Shown here: piece by piece, positions 53,222 through 64,000 of the stretch | How positions within the stretch are numbered: the first letter of the stretch is position 1 | Layout: each line of letters begins with the position of its first letter | DNA from: Adineta vaga | Lineage: Eukaryota; Animalia; Rotifera | Assembly (NCBI GenBank): GCA_021613535.1 | Contig: CP075493.1 | Span: 15,934,001 to 15,998,000 of the forward strand | Direction of reading: 5' to 3' | Length of the DNA: 64,000 nt | Position numbers and translations under genes: made by a program | The notes under the pieces: model-generated | Databases searched by the model: none | What the model was told of the DNA's origin: nothing | What the model saw: the letters and a program-made list of their open reading frames with translations, nothing else

Positions 53222-53455
53222 TTACCACCATTTTTTCTTAGGAATTCCACCAGTACACCATTCAGAAAAACATGATGAATTATTGATAATTCTCGGTAAA
53301 TAAGCCATGTTCATACATCCTTCAACATTACATTGTAAAAGATAACCACTATGACTAATTATATAGATAGTACCTCTATCAATGAACATTTCATATTTTC
53401 CAAGACAAAATGTTGCATTGAAAATAAAATATAAAAATAATACACGTAATAACAT
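53222..53455 (-). CDS. Small putative secreted Cys-containing peptide
   Basis: Hydrophobic N-terminus MLLRVLFLYFIFNATFC, four further Cys, basic/aromatic tail KKKWW; only plausible ORF between two sites. Confidence 0.4.
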   Translation of the reverse strand: MLLRVLFLYFIFNATFCLGKYEMFIDRGTIYIISHSGYLLQCNVEGCMNMAYLPRIINNSSCFSEWCTGGIPKKKWW

Positions 53456-53866
53456 TGTCAAATATCTTGTGTTATATTTCAATCGTTTTTCTCTGTCTCA
53501 ATTTATATCTCAATGTGATTAGTCATTATTTGAAAGAAAATCGAAACTAAATAAATAATCATTGAAAATATATTCTAAAATGTTTATATAATTATTTACT
53601 CTTTATCTAGGCTTCGTAGTTCTCCTAGATTTGAAAAAAGATATATTACTGTTGATTCATTGTACGCAACTTCTTTGAGTTCTGAGCAATGATTGGTGAA
53701 AATAAAAAGATTTGAAAAAAAAGTATTTTATTCTGTGAGAAAAATTTCGCCCTGTCAATATTCTGAAATAAGATAGTTTATCTGCAAATATTTTCAAATT
53801 GAAAAAGAATCTCAAGTATTAAATATTGATCAAAATATTCTTCCATAGATCGTCGCAAGCGATGAA

Positions 53867-53919
53867 AATCTTGAGGGTGTGGGTGTCTGTGTTTTATTCG
53901 GACCCACATCCTCAAGATT
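53867..53919. repeat. Palindromic telomere-like site (best preserved)
   Basis: AATCTTGAGGGTGTGGGT-gtctgtgttttattcgg-ACCCACATCCTCAAGATT, 18 bp arms with one mismatch. Confidence 0.95.
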
Positions 53920-54386
53920 GTTACTAATAAGAGATCTTCATTTCTTCAAAGACTTTTTCTTATTAAAACAAGTATTCTATGAAGATCGTCAAAATGAAAC
54001 AATATATCAATTACATTTTCCTGATCAATCAACAAGACAATTTCTTCATATTCTTCAATAATTTTAGAGAAAAGAAAAATCATAATGAGTTAATTTATCA
54101 CGTTCTTAATTAATAACATATGAATATTTTTATCAATCTGTACAAATGAAATCAATATCGAAATATTTCATTTCTTTCTTTTGTTATCAAATACTTTGTA
54201 TACAATTCTGAGATATATAAAATTGAAAGAATTAATTCCATATGATTTATTTAAACAATCTGTTTTTATTAAATTGGAATACGTTAAAACATATGTGTAA
54301 CAAATATCCAGATTTTATATCATTTTTACAATATATAAAATATTTGAATGAACAAAAAAAAGAGAATATCGTCACAGTGAACAATA

Positions 54387-55720
54387 TGTTGAATAATATT
54401 CTTATAATATTCTTTTTATCAATTATTCCAGTGAGTATAGATTATTTTATGAAAAATAAAATCTCAATTTGTATTTTATTTCATAGTTAATGATTGTCTG
54501 TGATAATGATGATAGCAATCTAATGTTATCAGGTAAGAAATGAATTTGATAGAGAATAATATTCTTTCGTTTTTTTGTTGTTTATTAGATGATCTTAAAG
54601 ATTTAATCAATCAATATGCAGGACTTAGTTTTCCATATTCGAAATTATCATCAATAATTACAAATATTGAAATAGAAGATAATCTTTGTATATTTCAATT
54701 TCAACCTGAAATTCTTAATTATTGTCATAATCAATTGTTTATTAGTGAATTATCTCAAGTTAAAACAATTCTTAGTATTGAAATGTCCTTTCATGATCAG
54801 TACAATAATATTATAATTGATAATGACGGAAATCTACTTCATTATACATCAAATCTTCATGATCTTGGATATATATTAGATATTTTAAATCAAGAAATTC
54901 CTTTTCATTATATTAAATGTCTTTTACATTTACGATCAAATTCAAATTTTAATTTTAATAATCTTTTTTTTCATTTTCCACATTTATCTTCAAGATTACC
55001 ATCAATTAACATGGGTTTCATTAAAGGTCCAATAATATTTTCTCTTGATTTCAATGAACAAATATACAATGTATCAATTCAATGTCCATCTGATTGTACT
55101 TGTATGTGGTTATTAGATGATGAAATTATTTCGTCAGAATCTGATAGTTCTGTTACATTAACATTTCATGAAAAGAATATTGGTAATCGAACTTTATCCT
55201 ATGTGAAATATATAGCGAATAGACCAACAAATTTAGCATCACTTTTACTTTCAATATTACCTAAATCAATAGAAAGTAAAGTTTTGAATAAATTATATAT
55301 TTAGTCTATTCATTGATATTTTTAGCTACTACATTCACAATTGGAACATCCATTTTAACTACGACAACATCCAACTTGCCATTAACTAGTCAGGTGTTAT
55401 TGACATGTGATATGAATTGTACTATTAATTATAATACTACTTATTATTATTACGATGAATATACGCCTAGTCATAATGAGAGTGGAGTAATATCCTGTGC
55501 TGATTTTTGTGCTAATGGCAATTTTGATTGCCACATTGTCAATGCAGATAATCCTGATTCATGCAATTACTTTTATCCATCACTTTTTGATGATGGATCT
55601 CGCTTTCGTCGTGGTAATAATATACCTCCCTATCACCAAATTGATAATAAAGGTAATTGTATTGGTAATTCCAGTTATTATTGTTGCTGCACAGAACCAG
55701 TTCTAGATGATTACGAATAG
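54387..55720 (+). CDS. Hypothetical secreted protein, Thr-rich linker and Cys-rich C-terminus (multi-exon)
   Basis: Signal-like first exon MLNNILIIFFLSIIP, GT-AG introns, ORFs 54540-55304 and 55313-55720. Confidence 0.55.
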
Positions 55721-56021
55721 TATCCTTGATATCCATTGACACATCATTAATAATTGAACTTTAACTTTTCCATATATTCCTCTTTTGATCATTAATGATC
55801 CTTATTTTGTATCTCTCGAATGTTATTCGGATTGTGTTTTCTCGTTTTTTTAAATAATCATAATCATCTTTTACTTATAAAATTGATCTAGTTCGATAAA
55901 TCACTGGAACTATTATATATACAAATATTCTTTCTCTTCTAGAAGTGTCTATTGTTTCTCTTCATATTTCAACATAAATTAACATTAATAAAAATAATTA
56001 AAGAATCAATAGAAACATATA

Positions 56022-57669
56022 ATGTCTAATTTCCTTTTTGAAGAAACAATTCTTTTAAGTTTTTTAATCCTTATAATATCAATGATGAATTTTGTTTATT
56101 CGATAAATATTTCAAATAATGATAATCCCTTTACTATTGAAATAACTATGCCAAATGTGACAACAACAAAGGTTAATATAATAAATAAATATAATTCTAT
56201 TCTATCCTCTTTTTCTTTGTTCTAGGAAGATCAATATACATATGTTCAATATCAATTACCCGATGAAGAATTAATGATTAGTAAATTGAAATTTTCTTAT
56301 TGAAAATATGAATTATATTTTTTGTTGAAATTAGTTGGTTATTTACCATTGATTAATATAAATACAGCTCATCATATGCTTACATTTGCTTGTACAATTC
56401 CATCTTTTCTAAATAGATCATTTTGGTTTGTATTATTTCTTATTTCAATTTTTTAATATTGACTTATTCATATAGGTTTGATCATTTTCCATGTATTGGA
56501 AAACAAATGATCATTCATGCCTGGGCTCTAAATGGATCTTCATTAATATTACCTAAAGGTTTCTAATATTTGATTAAAATGATTAGTTTATTTATAAAAT
56601 AATTATAACATATGTAGATGTTGGTTTTCCTGTTGGTCGTAATACTCCATATAAATTTATTGTTATTAATCTTCATTATTTATCCATTGTTAAGAATGAT
56701 AATTCTGGAAATCAACTTCTTTTAACTCAAAAACCGTATGTATTTCTTCGTTTTGTTTTTAAAAAATCTAAAACAATCTGTTAGCATAAAATTTCATTTT
56801 TTTTAAAAACTAGACGTCAATATCATGCAGGTTTAATACTAATTGGTACACATAATATTTATTTACAACCCAAAACACATAGTATATGGATAAAATACTA
56901 AATAATTTTTTTTAATGAAATTTACGTTTTTTTTGTTTTATCTTTTGTAGCAATTCGAACAAATTTCTCGTGTCGTTATTATGGATCATCTATTTCTATA
57001 TTTGCAACTCATTTCCATACTCATCGATGGGGTTGAATTTCATTTATTAATTTTCTATAAAATATTTCATTATTATTATTTTTCATAGGACGAGTAAATT
57101 CATTATATCGAATACGTGATAAAAGTATCTTACAAATTGCTAAAGGTAATCCACAATGGCCACAATCATTCTATACACTTTCATTACCAATCAAAATTCA
57201 ACATGATGATTATCTTATTGGTCAATGTGTTTATGATAATAATGATAATTATGCTGTTCACATTGGGTAATTTTATTTTTCTTGAAATTATCATAAAGAT
57301 AATATATTATTATCAATTTAGACCAACACATAACGATGAAATGTGTAATATATATGCAATGTACTCTTATAAACCAATAAAAACATCAAAACGTAATCAA
57401 ATTCGAATGAACACATGTTGGGGTAATTCAGCTAGTCATCTGACTTAGTAAGAACTATAGCTAATAATGTACATTGATATTCATTGACTATTTTTCGTCA
57501 ATTTTTCTTTAGTTTACTGCCTGAAGATAGTATTATTGCTCCAACTACATCATACGACATTACTGAAACAAATCATAATGGAACAGAACGAATTTCAATG
57601 AATGAAAGAAAAACATATCTTTTATTGATTATTAATATTTCAATTTTTTTCAAGATGATCTACGAATAA
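56022..57669 (+). CDS. Peptidylglycine alpha-hydroxylating monooxygenase-like copper enzyme, about 11 short exons, no PAL domain
   Basis: Signal peptide; TAHHML, HAWA, VGFPVG, NLHY, HTHRWG, GNPQWPQSFY, DEMCNIY copper-ligand motifs across exons. Confidence 0.88.
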
Positions 57670-57700
57670 ATTCTATTTAATAAAAAATATCAAATGCAAA

Positions 57701-57739
57701 TCTCGAGGGTGTGGGTAAAGAATAATATCCTCACCCGAG
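57701..57739. repeat. Palindromic telomere-like site
   Basis: TCTCGAGGGTGTGGGT-aaagaataat-ATCCTCACCCGAG. Confidence 0.8.
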
Positions 57740-57810
57740 TCACTATAGCGACGAGCGTTATTTATTAGTTAAATCAATCGATCACAATTAGAAGAAAAAA
57801 ATGTTTATTT

Positions 57811-58355
57811 TTATTTGAAAAATTCATTTGCCCACTTCATATAAGGATCAAATTCTAGATGTCCTTTGTTTTCTGAATCAAATATTTTTTTTAAAATTCC
57901 AGCCTGAGTTGGAATAAACTTATAAATGAAATCTAATGGATGTACCTTGAAAGCCGATGCAAAATGACCAATAGTTACGTTTTCATCGACTGAGAGTTCA
58001 AACACACGTACTTGATCATCATCATGTTCATCAGAAGCAACCTTAGAATTCCAAAATTTCTTTCAGTTCTTTAAAAGATCGGACTTACATTTAACAATTG
58101 CTCAGTAACATTGAGTTTATTACCAGTAGATGTTTCTTCAACAGTCAAACTAAATTGTCCTTTATTAGTTGCTATTAATGGATAGAAAATATAAGATATA
58201 GATCGACCATTGAATTCATGATGATCTTTATTATTTTTTGGTTTGCCCGTTTTTTTACATTGCAATATTTCACCTTCCATACTCTTCAGCCATTCACTAA
58301 TTAGCTTTTCACCCCGAGCTGATACAACAAATGGTGTCTTGGAAGTTGCCATCAT
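57811..58355 (-). CDS. Hypothetical protein, two exons
   Basis: ORFs 58071-58355 and 57811-58005 joined by a GTAAG..TAAG intron of ~45 bp. Confidence 0.6.
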
Positions 58356-59002
58356 AATGTTTCTTATTCACAATGAAGACGAGTAGTACCGTCCATCTTC
58401 TTTTTATATCATCAATATTCTTTGATAACACTTGTGTAAGTTAGAATCTATTTAAGTTAGATAAGGGACAGAAAAAAAGCGTAGGGGAACTATGATCTTT
58501 CTACACAGATCATTTCGTCGAAAGAGATTTCATGACTATCAACAATGTCATAAACAGATAAGACAAAAACATGATTTTTTTTCTTTCAAATTTAGAGATA
58601 AAGACAAATCCTAGAACGTAAATATCAACGACAACAATACAGATCCCATATACGATATATGTAGTTATTCAACTTGTTTAGCATTTTTCTCATCCAAACA
58701 GTGATCAAATCGAAACAATTTATATATATATTTGTGATCAGCGTTTTGTTTTCTATCAAACCATATATAAACGAAAGCGAAAAAAACCATTGAAATTTTG
58801 CATTTCCAGTACTTTATACTCATCGAATTTGACGGTAAATATGTGACGCAACGATGAAGATAGCGTACTCTTTCAAAATTCAGACATTGCTACATGGTAG
58901 TGGGAAAAAACGTATAAAACAATGAAATTAAATATGGTCGGTAGGCGCCGCACATTGTATCACCAATTAGGTACAAAAATGATTTAATGTGTTTTTATCA
59001 TG

Positions 59003-59055
59003 TAAGGGTGTGGGTGTTAGATAGATGTAGTACCCACCCACACCCACACCCTAAA
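59003..59055. repeat. Palindromic telomere-like site; spacer near-identical to 17535 site, inverted
   Basis: TAAGGGTGTGGGTG-ttagatagatgtagta-CCCACCCACACCCACACCCTAAA. Confidence 0.92.
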
Positions 59056-59692
59056 TTTTTCATTAACTGGCGAGCAAAAAAACGAAATTTTCCAAGATTG
59101 GGGGAGCGTCGCGCCCCCTCATCGGGACACCGCTGCTTTCAGTCCACATTATCCGTCCTATTTGTATAAGTCAATTTATCAATGAATCATTTATATTAAC
59201 TTTAATTTATAAAAATCTCAATAATTTTTCTTCACTCAACTATTGTGTAAGTATAACATCATATTTCAATATCCTTGCTTAATTTTGTCGTACATTCAGA
59301 GAAATGGTTACTCATTCAATGAATGAATTTGTTTCTAAACATCTTATTACTACTGAAGTTCTATTCCTATGAAACTTCTTTTAAAAACAAGAACTGCTAA
59401 TGATGTGAAACATATAAGTGACTTTCTTTCGTCTATAATTCGAGCTTATATATCTCTGTATTCTAGTGAGAGAGTTAGAATCATAAAAAATGGGATCATA
59501 TTCATCTGGTAGTCAAGTACTATATACTCAACTTTCAATATTTTGGGATTTGCAAAGCATAAAAAAACAATACATTTTTCTATGGAATAACAAGACTTTT
59601 GGATCATTCTGTAAATATATTATTTTAATGTTATAAGAATTATACAAATCGAAATAAAATATAATCATTTTTGTAAATTTAGAACTATTATT

Positions 59693-60011
59693 TTAATTAG
59701 AATCAATTTCAAATTTTTGTATTCGATGATTTCCATTATCAGAAACAATTATATTTCCTTGATTATCAAATAATATATCATAGGGTTCATTTAAGTATGC
59801 TGACCATCTTCCTTTACCATTTTCATTGATCACAACTTCACCTTGTCTATCTCCTTCACGCCATCGTAGAATTCGATGATTTCCCGAGTCGGCAATATAC
59901 AATTGACCCAATTGATCAAATGCTAATCCTCGCGGAGATTTTAATAAGCCTGAATCTATTACTCGATTGAAAACAATTCCTTCTGTTGCATCTTTTGGCC
60001 ATTTCATTACC
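59693..60011 (-). pseudogene. C-terminal fragment of an NHL-repeat beta-propeller protein
   Basis: PRGLAFDQLGQLYIADSGNHRI, PYDILFDNQGNIIVSDNGNHRIQKF; begins mid-repeat (VMKW) right at the 60012 site. Confidence 0.85.
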
Positions 60012-60075
60012 ATCTTGAGGGTGGGTGTGAATGAGAGAAAAAAGAACGCTTACACCCACACCCACACCTCAAGAT
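60012..60075. repeat. Palindromic telomere-like site
   Basis: ATCTTGAGGGTGGGTGTG-aatgagagaaaaaagaacgctt-ACACCCACACCCACACCTCAAGAT. Confidence 0.95.
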
Positions 60076-60702
60076 TTTGTGTTACAACTGAAAGATTATG
60101 ATCAAACTAGGAATGAGAATACTATCATTGGGATCTGTCAATAAATAACTATAAAGAGTAACACCCCCTGCTGCTTCACAAGTGACAACCATTCGATCAG
60201 ATGTTAATTGAATAATTTCATCAAGATGTAAAACATCATGAAAAAAATAACCGAGTACTTGTTGAAATGATAGTTCATCTAATAGATCATCTTAATGATT
60301 TGATGAAGAACACCATGATTTCAATGATGATAGTTTTCTTGTCAATTCTTCTCTTCACAGAGCATATTTTCTGCTAAACCAGAATTGATTATTCCAAATG
60401 GATTTGTATATGAATTGAATCGATTGCGTTCAATTTTGTCAAAAAAAGGTATAAGACTAGACAGCATACCATTTTTTCCAAGTAAATACCATGAATTGAA
60501 AGATCTGATGTCATTAAACTAGAATTTATTAAAATATAGATGAGTGGATTGTTAGATTATGTCAGATTTCACCAGTGTTTATATATCGGCACAACAACAG
60601 ACGATTCGCCTGTAATTGACGCATGTTTTAGAAATGAATCACATGCATAATGCATTGCTATATGTTGGAAGAAAAGAATAAAAGTTTAACAACTTTGGAA
60701 TA

Positions 60703-60748
60703 TGAGAGTGTAAATGAAAAAAAAAGAAAGAAAATCATCATTCTCAAG
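60703..60748. repeat. Highly degenerate palindromic site
   Basis: TGAGAGTGTAAATGA-A-rich spacer-TCATCATTCTCAAG. Confidence 0.4.
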
Positions 60749-61144
60749 AACTTATTAGAGCTAATAATAGTACTAAAATATGTAATATTATTTGTCAACG
60801 TAAAACGAATGAATAAACATTATTTTTTGTTCATTTTACCTATATCCATTATTAACGATGATTGATCGTCTCAAATATCTGTTGTATTTCTAAGTACATC
60901 ATAATACAATAAATTGTTTCTTTTTTTTTCAATCATAAGATATATTTAGAATAAAATAAGGATAATTATTCTTTTCTTCGTAGACAAATAAGACAAAAAA
61001 TAATAATGAAATATAGATATTTCTTTTTTTTGCTCATCTTGATCACAACAAAAAAAGTTGAGTATTATTTTTTATATAAATCAACGAAATAAATCGTAAT
61101 TATAATATTTTTTGAACTTAACTTTACTACACGATCTTTTCGAA

Positions 61145-61500
61145 ATGAATACATTTACAAATCACGTTACTGATATAGCTACGAATGTCTTGAAAGCTGT
61201 TATACCCGATTTTGAACGTCGAGTTTTTGAAAATATTTATTCATTAGAAAAAATGGTAAAAGCAGTAGAAAAATTTGAAACAGTAACAATTGTTTCGATT
61301 GAAGATGCTGTAAAATCACTTATTTCACTTGTTCTCGAGGTGTTTAGAAATGGTTGCCGAAATAAAAGAGAAATCTGCTCAACCAAAAGAAGGTTTAACA
61401 TCAAATGAAGCAGCTGCAACCAAGAAAAAAAATCATTTTATATTATTCTTAATAATACTCTACGAACTGAAGCGATCAAGAAAAACTAAAACCTTAGGAT
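61145..61500 (+). pseudogene. Degraded N-terminal fragment of an ADP-ribosyltransferase-like gene
   Basis: IVSIEDAVKSL..., GLTSNEAAA motifs in two frames; no catalytic part. Confidence 0.45.
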
Positions 61501-61801
61501 ATATATCTTCTAAAAGCAAACATACTAATTAGGTAGATATACATCTAATGTAGTGATAGTATCACAGGTAAATATCAGATATTTCTTATTATCTTTCCAT
61601 TTAACTATCTTTTCGTCCTTAGGCATCTGAAATAATTAAAAATAAAAGATGCCCGTTGGTAAGTAGTTTTCTTTTTGTCGCAATAACAGTTTGTGACACT
61701 TACTCGACAACAGCATTCGAATGAAAGAGTAAAAAGCAATTGCACACAACGTCTTACTACATTTTCCGATTTTTTTGCTACAAACACACGACGTACAAAT
61801 C

Positions 61802-62020
61802 ATGACAGGACAATATATCGTCATCTTTAAACCAGATACGGCTCAATCCATCATCGACAAAGTTATAGAGCATGTGAAATCTGGAGGTGGCATAGTTACT
61901 CATCGTTATGAATTAATCAAAGGATTTGCTGCACATATACCAAACAAAATGTTGAAGACACTCGAAGCTCATGAGAAGATCGCATACATTGAAATCGATC
62001 AGATGGCGCATCTTTATTAA
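61802..62020 (+). CDS. Stand-alone peptidase inhibitor I9 (subtilisin propeptide-like), 72 aa
   Basis: YIVIFK, GGIVTHRYELIKGFAAHIP, IAYIEIDQ. Confidence 0.85.
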   Translation: MTGQYIVIFKPDTAQSIIDKVIEHVKSGGGIVTHRYELIKGFAAHIPNKMLKTLEAHEKIAYIEIDQMAHLY

Positions 62021-62743
62021 CAGTAACATTACCAAGTCCCTTTCCATAAAAGACCTACTTCGCAATTCAATCAGAATCATCTTATTAGAAATATTATTTA
62101 CTTAATCACTATCAAAATTTTTTCTCTCCTGTATTTTTAAATACTAATTAAGTTTTTTCAACAATATCAATGGTAATCTCATAGCAAATAAAGATTTTTT
62201 TTATGATAGATATCATAAAGCAATCAACATTAATCGTTTTTTTTTGTGCATTAAGATTATTTACGTAAAGAATATAGTCTGGATTATAGAAGCACGTTCA
62301 GTACTTAGTTTAAGAAAAACTTATCAAAATGATTGAATTATACTATTATCACTTGATGATATTTCAGATATCGATGGATATTGAAATAATTCCAAAGAAA
62401 ATAATGATGTTGTTGTTCAAGAAATTTACGAACGTTTACAATCACCAATTCAAACATCATATTCACGAAAAATAGAAAAGTCATTTGAAATAATGATAAG
62501 AACATAGAATTTTTATAAAATCCTCGAAGGTATGACATTAATATACCTATTATTGGATGCATTTCAACATTTACAGCAAATCAGAAGAGTAGGTGACTGA
62601 CCAATATGCGATCTAACTTTTCCTCGTATTCATTTTTTCAAATATTGTATAAGAGATAATTATCTTCGGAAAGAATGCTATTTTGGTATTCAATCGAGTA
62701 GTTTTGTTAAGATTTCGAAGACAAGTTGGATGTTTGAATAAAC

Positions 62744-62803
62744 ATCTTGAGGGTGTGGGTGTGTGAGTATATTACCTTATCCTAGATACCCACACCCACC
62801 CAA
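62744..62803. repeat. Palindromic telomere-like site
   Basis: ATCTTGAGGGTGTGGGTGTGTG-agtatattaccttatcctagata-CCCACACCCACCCAA. Confidence 0.92.
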
Positions 62804-63301
62804 ATTTTAGATTTTAATGTATATTGGAAAAGAAAAAGAAATCTTTGTTTAATTGTTGTTGAATAAGATTCAACATTAACAAAACTTTGATGGTAAAGTA
62901 TGAGTATAAATAAAAGCATGGTTATATAAGCTTTTAATTGAATGTAAAATCGGTTATTTTGTATTGATATTTATTTTTTTATTTGTCCTTAAGACAAAAA
63001 AAGATGAATCTTTTGTTTTATAATATAGATGTATTGCATATACACTTGCTTCTATATCCTTATGATAAATTTGATATTTCTTATGACAATATTGTGATTT
63101 TATCGTTCGAAATTTATATTGTTTGTTTTCTGTTCCAGGTGAATGAAAGAACATGGATTAATATAATCTAGGTTTTTTTCTCTTATGTATAAACATATAT
63201 ATATATATATCGTCGATTTTTTAACCGCAGTATTATTCATTCCCAATCCTACACGAAGATAAAATCGTCAAAATAAAATATATTTCAAATCTATTACTAC
63301 A

Positions 63302-63575
63302 ATGAGTAATATTCATAAATACGAAGAACTTCAAGTTGATGGTCTTAGAGCAGCTAGAAGACTTGGACTAGGAGGTGCACGACAACCTCAAAGATTGGGA
63401 TATGCTGCTCCGTTAGGATACGGAGGAAATACAGGACTTGGACGGGTAATGGACTTCTAAGAGTTATTATGGTTCCGTTGTCACCACAATTTCTTATGGA
63501 TTATCAACAATTTTTTAATATTGGTTCTGGATTATTTGGATATGGATGTGGAGGACCAGGATTTGGTCGATTCTA
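63302..63575 (+). pseudogene. Small Gly-rich protein, probably frameshifted
   Basis: MSNIHKYEELQVDGLRAARRLGLGGARQPQRLGYAAPLGYGGNTGLG then stop at ~63460; Gly-rich coding continues in another frame (SGLFGYGCGGPGFGRF). Confidence 0.4.
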
Positions 63576-64000
63576 AAAAGCAAAATAGTTTTACAAATCA
63601 AAAGAATAAGTCATTATTTTCTTTTAAAGTGAACAAAAATATTTCTTTACACAAAATGTGTATAATTTTATTAATCTAATTAATGATAATAAACTTATAT
63701 TCATATTATCACATAGACATGTACGTAAAAGAAATAGTTAGAATATAATTTTCATCATTCTAATAGTCATTTTCAATTTTTATGAATTATACAAAGGATG
63801 AATGCATCGATATGTTTTTTAAAAGCTGAAGCAATGAACAAGAAAAACTTTTTATTATTATTTTGTTAAACAGAATATTATTCGATGAATGGCGTTTTTA
63901 TCAACAGACCAAAAAAAGTCTCATCGTCGACGATTGAAATGAAATATTTTCAAAAGTAAGATGAAAACTTATCTTGTTGTTCGCCATCAATAGAAACATG

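Noticed and set aside
60076-62743. Minus-strand coding-like remnants at 60076-60500 and 62340-62743 abutting sites
   Set aside because: Broken frames with no motif I can assign.
3289-62803. CRISPR interpretation of the repeated palindromes
   Set aside because: Repeats are kilobases apart, the variable part lies inside the palindrome, the context is eukaryotic and no cas genes are present.
3289-62803. Library adapter or chimera artefact explanation for the sites
   Set aside because: Copies show graded mutational decay and varied spacers, unlike synthetic adapters; long reads would still be the decisive test.
1-64000. Integrase, recombinase, reverse transcriptase, tRNA or rRNA genes
   Set aside because: No tyrosine or serine recombinase, HUH, RT or structural RNA signatures recognised; any enzyme acting on the sites would have to be encoded elsewhere.

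Overview
AT-rich eukaryotic DNA with short (~55-65 bp) GT-AG introns. The gene families present (ART-TPR proteins, LDLa/EGF-GPCRs, F-box/LRR, NHL repeat, intronless class-A GPCRs, apparent foreign genes) point to a bdelloid rotifer (inference). The main unexplained structure is a family of about 27 short (40-100 bp) palindromic sites, consensus (AT)CTTGAGGGTG(TGGGTG)n - variable 15-40 nt spacer - (CACCCA)nCACCCTCAAG(AT), whose arms are built from the bdelloid-type telomeric hexamer TGTGGG/TGAGGG. They cut the window into segments of roughly 0.1-8 kb, each carrying one to three unrelated genes or transposon pieces. Several genes and transposases are truncated right at a site, many intact genes end 30-210 bp from a site, and some spacers recur in inverted orientation at distant sites. 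The region reads like an integron-like cassette array or a concatemer of telomere-capped DNA fragments. No recombinase was recognised in the window. Cargo includes DEG/ENaC, choline kinase-like, PHM, E2, fem-1-like, MACPF, sulfotransferase, I9 inhibitor, a nucleotidyltransferase-kinase fusion, and MULE, mariner, Helitron, piggyBac-type and CACTG-type elements.
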